Positions 8,629 to 15,822 of a DNA stretch of 33,424 bases are shown here, one piece after another; position 1 is the first letter of the stretch; each line of letters starts with the position of its first letter. The notes below the pieces were generated by a model. That model saw nothing but the letters and a program-made list of their open reading frames with translations. It searched no databases and had not been told where the DNA came from. The position numbers were made by a program, and so were the translations under genes. The stretch is from a virus (lineage: Duplodnaviria > Caudoviricetes), in the IMG/VR virus record IMGVR_UViG_3300010376_000093, positions 1 through 33,424 of that record. One strand, 5' to 3'.

Positions 8629-8842
8629 AGTCTCTATACGTATCACGCGTCGGGTTGTAGCTTATATGTTGTCAGTAGCTGAACAGCAAGTGGATTTAGC
8701 TTTCTTCCAAGGTTTAGGTATGGCTCTAGCTGTATGCTTTGAAGAAATGACTGGAAGTACAGCTAAGAATAAGAAGCCACAGGATCTTATGCAGTGGGCT
8801 TTAGCACTTCCTGATGAGAAGTATCCTAGAGTTACTGATTAA
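8621..8842 (+). CDS. Hypothetical protein (start 8612-8621)
   Basis: Overlaps the upstream stop; GAGGA upstream. Confidence 0.7.
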   Translation: MDKVSIRITRRVVAYMLSVAEQQVDLAFFQGLGMALAVCFEEMTGSTAKNKKPQDLMQWALALPDEKYPRVTD

Positions 8843-8857
8843 AGGTTGAGGTCAAGA

Positions 8858-9694
8858 ATGCCAAACGCAGCTAGTTTAACTCCTGAGTCTAGGTTTATGA
8901 GTCTCTTCGTGGGACCAAAGCACAGCGGTAAGACAGTAGCGGCTTGCTCTTGGCTCTCCACTAATACTAGTAAAAGGCTTAAAGTTCTGGATGTGGATGG
9001 TAGGATAAAAGGAATCCAGAGTAACTCCTGGTTAGACTTAACTCGGATAGACTATGATTACTTCCCTCCCAGAGTTTTAGAAAAGGATAAGACTTTTTTT
9101 GAGCGGGTTAATAGTGAACTAGAAGCTCTTAAAGTATTAATAGATACACATAAATGTGCTTATGAAACATATGTGGTAGATAGTGCAACAGCAGTAGCTC
9201 GTAATTTAGTTCAAGATGCTATACCTATTACACATGCACAGGGTAAGGGAAGTAAAATAGGTGTATTAGAGATAGCTGGACCACAAGATTACAACTTTGA
9301 GATTACCGGAATGGCTAATCTTATGTCCTTCCTTAAAGCACTACCACTTAATATTATAGTTACAGCACATATAGAAGATAAGTGGGATAAACCTAAGGAT
9401 GACTTTGGAAATAGATTACAGTATGCTGATAGTATAGTAGTAGGTGAGAAACTTGCACTCCGGCCTAAGGTAGAATCTGTACTCAGCCTAAATTTTGATC
9501 ACATATTCAGATTTGACAGACAAATCATAGATAGACAAGAGCAATTTTTTGTAGAATACGTAGGTGAGCTTGCCTGTACTAGTTTCCCTGGTCTGAAGCC
9601 GGGTAAGCATAATATCACCGGTAGAAATTTTAGGGAGTTTACTCTGGATTTAGTAAATAAAACTAGGGTAGAATCAGAAGTAGCAGTTAAGTAA
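8858..9694 (+). CDS. Sak4-like / AAA_24 P-loop ATPase (recombinase)
   Basis: Walker A GPKHSGKT, LDVDG, Walker B YVVDS, IIVTAH; GAGG before ATG 8858. Confidence 0.88.
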   Translation: MPNAASLTPESRFMSLFVGPKHSGKTVAACSWLSTNTSKRLKVLDVDGRIKGIQSNSWLDLTRIDYDYFPPRVLEKDKTFFERVNSELEALKVLIDTHKCAYETYVVDSATAVARNLVQDAIPITHAQGKGSKIGVLEIAGPQDYNFEITGMANLMSFLKALPLNIIVTAHIEDKWDKPKDDFGNRLQYADSIVVGEKLALRPKVESVLSLNFDHIFRFDRQIIDRQEQFFVEYVGELACTSFPGLKPGKHNITGRNFREFTLDLVNKTRVESEVAVK

Positions 9695-9722
9695 CTAAAA
9701 TCCAAAAGGAAGAAAACACCAA

Positions 9723-10160
9723 ATGCCTATCATCGCATTCACAGCAGCTGACGCGTTACAAACCACGGTAGTACCAGCGAACATATACCCCTCTCAAGTT
9801 GTTTCTATTGCTGGACCTAAAAACTCTAGCAGTGGAAAGTCTGTCAACTACTTTGTGGATATTGAAATCACAGAAGGAAAGTACAAGGGGAAAACTCGTA
9901 CTGTCATCTTTAACTCAGAATCTAGCAATGCTAATTTAATGGGGGATATGCAGTTCTTCCCTCAATCTGATTTCCTGATGTTAGATTCTGTTATCAACGG
10001 TCGTGAGATCGAAGCTAAAGATTACGCTTTTGATACAGATTCTATACTTCACAAACCCTTTGATGCAGCATGGGGAGTAGAAACAGTGAATGGACACTTA
10101 GTTAACGTTATTAATAGTTTCCACACTAAAGGTTACGGGGCACAAGCTCCTGGTTTCTAG
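9723..10160 (+). CDS. Putative ssDNA-binding protein (DUF669-like)
   Basis: Directly after the Sak4-like gene; P.(N/G).Y...V, SSSGK, EITEGKYKGK beta-strand pattern. Confidence 0.65.
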   Translation: MPIIAFTAADALQTTVVPANIYPSQVVSIAGPKNSSSGKSVNYFVDIEITEGKYKGKTRTVIFNSESSNANLMGDMQFFPQSDFLMLDSVINGREIEAKDYAFDTDSILHKPFDAAWGVETVNGHLVNVINSFHTKGYGAQAPGF

Positions 10161-10172
10161 TAGGAGTACTCT

Positions 10173-10382
10173 ATGACTGACTCTCAACTTTATCTTGCCA
10201 TTGGAGTTCCTGTTGTTATCAATATCCTATTTAATGGTGTCTTATTCGGTATCTTGTTTCAAGTTATTGATAGAAGACTGAATAGAATTGAAGACAAGTT
10301 GGAACTTCTAACTGGTAAAGTATTAGAGCTTGATAGCAGAGTAACTAGAATTGAAGAAAAGTTAGGTATTCAACCACGCTGA
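10173..10382 (+). CDS. Small membrane-anchored coiled-coil protein
   Basis: AGGAG SD; TM followed by RLNRIEDKL...RVTRIEEKLG heptads. Confidence 0.85.
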   Translation: MTDSQLYLAIGVPVVINILFNGVLFGILFQVIDRRLNRIEDKLELLTGKVLELDSRVTRIEEKLGIQPR

Positions 10383-10392
10383 CGTAATGGGG

Positions 10393-10512
10393 AAGCCGCG
10401 CGCACAAAAACCTAGAGTCTAAGGTATACAATATCGGAAGAAGGCTCTGCAAAGACCTAGAATTAGGATTGTTAATGGGAGTTGGAACTGATCCTACCAC
10501 CGGACGCGGCTT
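10393..10512 (+). ncRNA. Candidate structured RNA (three-helix junction) upstream of the polymerase
   Basis: P1 AAGCCGCG/CGCGGCTT; P2 AGAGTCT/AGGCTCT; P3 TAGGATT/GATCCTA capped by a GGGA tetraloop. Confidence 0.5.
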
Positions 10513-10551
10513 GGATTTTTAGTAACAGCGGGATGAAACCCAGGAGTAAAA

Positions 10552-10740
10552 ATGGAAGATCGGGATCTACTTAAAAAAGTGTTGGATAAAATAACTCGTA
10601 TGATAAGTGCAGTAATCTCAGATCATAATTCAGCTACAGGAGATAGATATAACTTTGTATTCTTCGTATATGATTCTAATAAGGAGAATATAATAACTAC
10701 TCTTAAGAAATTTATAGCTGAAACTGAGAGCAAAAATTAA
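10552..10740 (+). CDS. Hypothetical protein (62 aa), translationally coupled to the polymerase
   Basis: AGGAG SD; TAATG overlap at 10738-10742. Confidence 0.75.
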   Translation: MEDRDLLKKVLDKITRMISAVISDHNSATGDRYNFVFFVYDSNKENIITTLKKFIAETESKN

Positions 10741-13220
10741 TGATAAAAGGCTTTGGTCCAGTACATTCTAAAGCAGCTTTTATAGCTGATTTCCCTCAGG
10801 GTAAAGATTTTGAGACTGGTTATTCTCTCACTGGTTACAGTGGAGATTTGCTGCGTAACTTTTGTAAAGAGCAGAAACTTACTCTTGAGGATTTCTATAG
10901 AACTTGCCTTATAAAAGAAAAGGCACCGGATTCTAGCTTGGATAAAGATAAATTTGAATCCGCAGTAGGATCTCTTAAGAAGACTTATGGACCACTTCTG
11001 CTGGAAGAACTTAATGAAATCAAGCCTAACCTTCTGATACCACTAGGCGAGTTGAGTTTTAGCTATCTTACAAATTTAACTAACATCCGGAAATTCAGAG
11101 GGTCTGTTCTCTCACCTATAGGAGAACTAAGTGTTAATCAGGAGAATCTGAAAGTTCTACCTATTCTTGGTCCCTACCCCTACCTGAATCAAGAGTACAG
11201 GTTACGTGCTGTAAGTCGTATTGACTTTAGTAAAATACATAAGTACTTAAATAATGATCCTATACCTGATAATCAATATAACATATGGGTAGCCCGTTCT
11301 TCAACAGCTTTAAGAGCCTACCTGGATAGAGCTTATAAAGAGTGCATGGATAGAGAAGGCTTTCTAGTCTTTGATATTGAAACCTACCTCCAAATACCTA
11401 TCTGTATAAGCTTCTGCTTTGATGGATTTGAATCTGTCTGTATACCTATTTTAGATTCTACTATAGAAGTAGATCAGCGAGCACTGATGGTTGAACTAGT
11501 TGACAGGATACTCCGCTCACCTGTACCTAAGGTAAACCAGAATATAAAATATGATTGGAAGATACTAGAACGTTGGGGCTTCAGAGTTAATAATGTAGTT
11601 GGAGATACCATGCTTGCTTCCTCAACACTCTACTGTGAGTTCCCTAAGAACCTAGGCTTTCTAACAAGTATCTACACTGAACTTCCCTACTTTAAAGATG
11701 AGGGTAAAGAGTTTGACCCTGAGAAGGGTAAGCGGGATCGGTATTACTTATACAACGCTAAAGATTCCCTAGCTACAAGTCAAATCTACACGAAACAAAA
11801 ACCTGAGCTGATAGAACTTGGAACCAAGCAGGTTTACGATAACCTAATAACTATCCTACCTATCTATAGAAGGATGGAGGATAGAGGTTTCAGGATTGAT
11901 GATGAGAAGCGTCAGAAGCTTCTAGCTAGGTACGAGAGCTTGTTCCATGTTCAAGAGTTAAAGTGTAGGAAGCTCTTAGGTTGGGATTATTTTAATCCTC
12001 TCAGCCATAAACAGTGTCATGATGCTATATTTGATGAGTTGGGTTATAAGAAACTTCGTGGGATGAAATCCACTAAGGATGGTAAAGCTAGTACAGATGA
12101 GGAGTCTCTAGACTATCTTCTGGTACATGGTATCGCGGAACGCAGTCCGAACTTTGGACCTGTAATACTTGCAGCTATCCTAGGAGCTAGGAAAGTTAAG
12201 AAAGTTCTAGAAATACTTGAGCTACCAGCTTATCCTGATGGGCGCTTTAGGTGTGAGTATAATCTGACTGGAACTGAGAATGCTAGAACCAGTGCAGGTA
12301 AGACTACGGATCAGATTATAGTACTGGAGGGAAATAAGGTATTTCTGGTTAATCTTGGTCACAGCCTTCAGACTATTGGTAAGCATGGATTTACTATTGA
12401 CGGTATGACTTATGGGAAGGATCTACGAAGTATCTTTGTACCTAGCCGTGGTTATGTTTTTGTTGAGTGTGATTTAAACTCTGCTGAAGCTCGTGTGGAC
12501 CGGGTTTTAAGTGGAAACCTGGATATGAGTATTTTCAACCCGCCGGGTATTCACAGGCTCACTGGATCTTGGCTTTACAACTGTAAGCCTGATGAAATCA
12601 AGAAGAATACTCTAGTGGATGGTGTAGATAGATATCATATGTCTAAGACTGTTCGACATGCTGCTGAACGTAATATGGGACCGGATAGACTTGTAATGAT
12701 GACACAACGACCTCTTAAAGAATGTAAGGATATTCTAGATAAACTTCACAGCTTCCAACCTGAAATCAAGCGTGGATTTCACAGTGGAATTAAGAATGCT
12801 CTGGATGCACCTGAGCACTGTCTGATAGCTCCGAATGGTAGGCGTAGAGATTTTTATGATAGGATTGAGAGAGAAACTTATAATGAAGGTATTAGTTTTT
12901 TACCTCAGGCTATAGTTAGTGACCAGACTAAATTTGCTGGTATAGGACGCACATTCTGTGATAGCAGTATCTACTCCTGGGCACACTTGCTAGAGGAAGG
13001 TCATGATGGTATTCTGGCTGAGGTTGTTAAGGGTAGAGAGCTAGAATTTGCTGAGTTATACAAACGGAACGTTGAGAGTGAACCTATAGACTTCAGGAAG
13101 TGTACACTCTCTAGAGATTTACAACTTGTGATACCTTGTGAGGTAGCTATTGGTGAAAGTTGGTTTGAGGAAGATTTAAAGGAAGTACAGCTCTCTGAGC
13201 TTGCTGCTACTAAAAACTAG
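10740..13220 (+). CDS. polA: Family A DNA polymerase with N-terminal UDG (family 4-like) fold and 3'-5' exonuclease
   Basis: ExoI FDIET, ExoII QNIKYD, ExoIII YNAKD; motif A DLNSAEAR, motif C GHDG; the N-terminal ~170 aa follow the UDG-F4 pattern (G.G, G..G.LL, P....LG, RG). Confidence 0.93.
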   Translation: MIKGFGPVHSKAAFIADFPQGKDFETGYSLTGYSGDLLRNFCKEQKLTLEDFYRTCLIKEKAPDSSLDKDKFESAVGSLKKTYGPLLLEELNEIKPNLLIPLGELSFSYLTNLTNIRKFRGSVLSPIGELSVNQENLKVLPILGPYPYLNQEYRLRAVSRIDFSKIHKYLNNDPIPDNQYNIWVARSSTALRAYLDRAYKECMDREGFLVFDIETYLQIPICISFCFDGFESVCIPILDSTIEVDQRALMVELVDRILRSPVPKVNQNIKYDWKILERWGFRVNNVVGDTMLASSTLYCEFPKNLGFLTSIYTELPYFKDEGKEFDPEKGKRDRYYLYNAKDSLATSQIYTKQKPELIELGTKQVYDNLITILPIYRRMEDRGFRIDDEKRQKLLARYESLFHVQELKCRKLLGWDYFNPLSHKQCHDAIFDELGYKKLRGMKSTKDGKASTDEESLDYLLVHGIAERSPNFGPVILAAILGARKVKKVLEILELPAYPDGRFRCEYNLTGTENARTSAGKTTDQIIVLEGNKVFLVNLGHSLQTIGKHGFTIDGMTYGKDLRSIFVPSRGYVFVECDLNSAEARVDRVLSGNLDMSIFNPPGIHRLTGSWLYNCKPDEIKKNTLVDGVDRYHMSKTVRHAAERNMGPDRLVMMTQRPLKECKDILDKLHSFQPEIKRGFHSGIKNALDAPEHCLIAPNGRRRDFYDRIERETYNEGISFLPQAIVSDQTKFAGIGRTFCDSSIYSWAHLLEEGHDGILAEVVKGRELEFAELYKRNVESEPIDFRKCTLSRDLQLVIPCEVAIGESWFEEDLKEVQLSELAATKN

Positions 13221-13236
13221 AGGAGATGCTAATTAA

Positions 13237-13626
13237 ATGCCTTATATATGTAAAGACTGCTCCAAGAGATTCAGTAGTATAGGTAAGTTAAGTCAGCATA
13301 GGTGGAAGTATCATCCTGATAGTATAAGTAGTAAATTTCGGTGTCAAAGATGCTTACTAATATTTGATAATCTAAGCAAGTTAAGGGTCCACCAGTGGGA
13401 GCATATGAAGGAAGATGGTTGGGTTCGTAAGAAAAAACAGAGGTTACTTCCTGCTCCTAAAACTGTTAGGGATTTAAGAGTAGCCGCCGGGCCGATTTTA
13501 AGTAACGGCGAGATGACAGTCTCTCAGCTTTTAGTTAAACTCCGAGAACAACAAAAGTTCCTCAATGATTCTGTCTCTATGATTGATGGAATCCTCACCC
13601 ACTATAATAAGGAGGTAAGACAGTGA
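13237..13626 (+). CDS. Tandem classical C2H2 zinc-finger protein with C-terminal coiled coil
   Basis: YICKDCSKRFSSIGKLSQHRWKYH and FRCQRCLLIFDNLSKLRVHQWEH match (F/Y)-x-C-x2-C-x3-F-x5-L-x2-H-x3-4-H. Confidence 0.88.
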   Translation: MPYICKDCSKRFSSIGKLSQHRWKYHPDSISSKFRCQRCLLIFDNLSKLRVHQWEHMKEDGWVRKKKQRLLPAPKTVRDLRVAAGPILSNGEMTVSQLLVKLREQQKFLNDSVSMIDGILTHYNKEVRQ

Positions 13627-13907
13627 CAGCGCATCAGTATGGAACTCTCAAGTATGTTGTTAATAACGTAGTGACTGTATCAGAACTTGGACACTATAGT
13701 ATGAGTACACTAGGAAGTCTTGTGCAACGTGGTTGGGTTAAGCGTGATGGTAATAAAATAGAACCTACACAGGATGGTATGGATGCTTACTATAACTACT
13801 TTAAAGCTACTTCTAACTATAGGAAAGTAGATAAGGAAATTAGTGAGCGAGTTAGGTTAATGCTACATATTAATAAGCTAGTAGCTATAAAGACTAAAGC
13901 TTCTTAG
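13623..13907 (+). CDS. Probable winged-helix protein
   Basis: TLGSLVQRGWVKR...IEPTQDG pattern; GTGA overlap and GGAGG SD. Confidence 0.65.
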   Translation: MTAHQYGTLKYVVNNVVTVSELGHYSMSTLGSLVQRGWVKRDGNKIEPTQDGMDAYYNYFKATSNYRKVDKEISERVRLMLHINKLVAIKTKAS

Positions 13908-13939
13908 TGGACTAAAAGTCCGGGAGGGATAGGAGTGAT

Positions 13940-15118
13940 GTGGCTGAAAACTTCATCAGTGCAGTTATTAACCACACAGAACGTAATGAAAGTCCAACAA
14001 GTTTTTGGAAGTGGAGTAGTTATTCAACGATTTCGTCAGTTATGCGGGACCGTTGCTATCTTAAATTCGGAGATAGTTTCCTCTTCCCTAATCTCTATAT
14101 TATGCTTTTGGCTGAAAGCTCGGGCCATAGAAAAAATGCCCCTGTTGAATTAAGCCAGGGGTTAGTTACTAGTGTCTCAGGTATAAAATCTATAGCTGGT
14201 CGTGCTTCTGTTGAAGGTATTCTGGATGAGTTAGCTGTGGCTGAGACTGATAATCACGGGAAGCTTGTAAAGTGTAACTCAGCTACTTTTTTCTCAACTG
14301 AGCTTAGTGCTGGTATAGTGAATAATGTAGAAGGTATTAAGATACTTACAGATATATATGATTATAAGCCTACACCATATCAACATAGGCTACGAACCGG
14401 ACCCAAGTTTGACTTAACACGGGTTGTATTTTCAATGTTTTCTGCTAGTAATGAAAAGATGCTGCAAGGATTTTTTAATGATGCTATTGTAGGTGGCGGA
14501 TTTATTGCCCGGACCTTACTTATAATGCCTGATGAATTTCGTGAGCCTAATAGTTTGCTTCGAGTGGATCATGATGCTAGGAAGGAAAGTAAAGAGCACG
14601 TTGTACAGCACCTGAAGAAAGTAGCTCAAGTCACCGGTGAATTTGGTTTTGTGGAGGAAGCTATAGCAGAATACGAATCGTGGTACATTCCATTCAGAAA
14701 TGACTACAACAAGAGAAAAGAGACTACAGGTTTTATTGGAAGAGTACATACTCACGTGCTAAAGTTAAGTATGATACTTGCTGCTAACGATCTTACTAGG
14801 TGTATTAGGAAAGATCACATTGAACAATCGATTGAGGAATGTTTGAGTTTAGTCAAAAACTACAACATGTTTACTATGAGTAACGCAAAGACAGATTTAG
14901 GTAGTGTAGGCGGTGTGATTGTTCTTGAACTGTCCACAGCTAAAGATAACCTGCTTTCTAGAAAGAGTATAGTTCGTGCCCACTGGCAAAACTTGGATAT
15001 AACCCTACTAGATAAAGCTAGGGATGCTTTAGTGGAAGCAGGGATGTTACAGGTTCACATGATGAAGGATGGGGAGTACTGGAAATTAACACAAATAGCA
15101 CTGGAGATGTTGAGGTGA
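13940..15118 (+). CDS. DUF3987-like AAA+ ATPase/helicase with C-terminal winged helix
   Basis: PNLYIMLLAESSGHRKN (Walker A region), ASVEGI, FSTELS (Walker B region), LTDIYD, GGFIAR (Arg finger), LVEAGML. Confidence 0.75.
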   Translation: MAENFISAVINHTERNESPTSFWKWSSYSTISSVMRDRCYLKFGDSFLFPNLYIMLLAESSGHRKNAPVELSQGLVTSVSGIKSIAGRASVEGILDELAVAETDNHGKLVKCNSATFFSTELSAGIVNNVEGIKILTDIYDYKPTPYQHRLRTGPKFDLTRVVFSMFSASNEKMLQGFFNDAIVGGGFIARTLLIMPDEFREPNSLLRVDHDARKESKEHVVQHLKKVAQVTGEFGFVEEAIAEYESWYIPFRNDYNKRKETTGFIGRVHTHVLKLSMILAANDLTRCIRKDHIEQSIEECLSLVKNYNMFTMSNAKTDLGSVGGVIVLELSTAKDNLLSRKSIVRAHWQNLDITLLDKARDALVEAGMLQVHMMKDGEYWKLTQIALEMLR

Positions 15119-15342
15119 GTGGGTGTTCTAATTTCAAAGCTAGCAAAGGAACCAAGGGGGAGTGTCTAACGTGCGGTCGGGTCAGGGAAGAACACCAGCC
15201 GGAAAGTACTAAAAAGGAGCTGGAACTAAAACCTGACCCGGCGGGTCCACCTGAGCTACTTATCAAGATCTACTTTGCCGGCAAGTTTTATGAATACACT
15301 AACTGGGAAGAAGCTAGAAAGGATGGATTTTATCTTGGTTAA
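15115..15342 (+). CDS. Small Zn-finger protein (CxxF...CxxC...H)
   Basis: CSNF...CLTCGRVREEH; GTGA overlap. Confidence 0.65.
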   Translation: MSGCSNFKASKGTKGECLTCGRVREEHQPESTKKELELKPDPAGPPELLIKIYFAGKFYEYTNWEEARKDGFYLG

Positions 15343-15514
15343 GCTTGAAGAAACACCTAGGTGTCCACAGTGTAGTTCAGAAGAATTTGTAACTAAAGAA
15401 TATGATTATGGAAAAGATCCTGAAACTGGTTATTCTGATAGTGGAACTGTAGCTAGATGTTTAAAGTGTGGATTTCAAGGAGAGATTGAGGAATTCTTTG
15501 GTTGGGAGGATTAA
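15323..15514 (+). CDS. Small Zn-ribbon protein (likely start ATG 15323)
   Basis: CPQC...CLKCG. Confidence 0.7.
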   Translation: MDFILVKLEETPRCPQCSSEEFVTKEYDYGKDPETGYSDSGTVARCLKCGFQGEIEEFFGWED

Positions 15515-15810
15515 GCTTCTTCCTCTGTTACTTGAACAGCTTGATCAAGGACTTGCTCGAAGAACTTCTGATCTATGTTAGTTGGTTCGGAAGGTGTACC
15601 CTGATAGTAGTTATAACCAACATTACGGATTCTAGTATTAAAGTGGTATCCTTTAGAAGTAGATCTTTTGAAAGCTACCCAAGCTTGTTGACTTACACCC
15701 TCATAGGTATATATAGTACCATCTTGAAATTGAACAACAAGATTCTCTCCCTTCCAACCTGCGGCTTGAACACAACTAGAGTCCCCTAGGAACTCCATCT
15801 CAAAAGCCAC
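15511..15810 (-). CDS. KTSC-domain protein
   Basis: SS.....G....L.VQF..G..Y.Y.GV.......F..STSKG..FN..IR is the KTSC consensus. Confidence 0.88.
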   Translation of the reverse strand: MAFEMEFLGDSSCVQAAGWKGENLVVQFQDGTIYTYEGVSQQAWVAFKRSTSKGYHFNTRIRNVGYNYYQGTPSEPTNIDQKFFEQVLDQAVQVTEEEA

Positions 15811-15822
15811 TCTTAATCTCCT

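Noticed and set aside
10400-10450. c-di-GMP-I riboswitch (AAAACC...GUCUAAGG resemblance)
   Set aside because: The upstream GGCAAAC/GAAA hairpin and the UAUG/CAGC 3' strand are absent; only a partial look-alike.
10740-13220. 2-aminoadenine (Z) or dU genome
   Set aside because: No purZ, datZ, mazZ, dCTP deaminase or other nucleotide-modification genes in the window, so it cannot be claimed.
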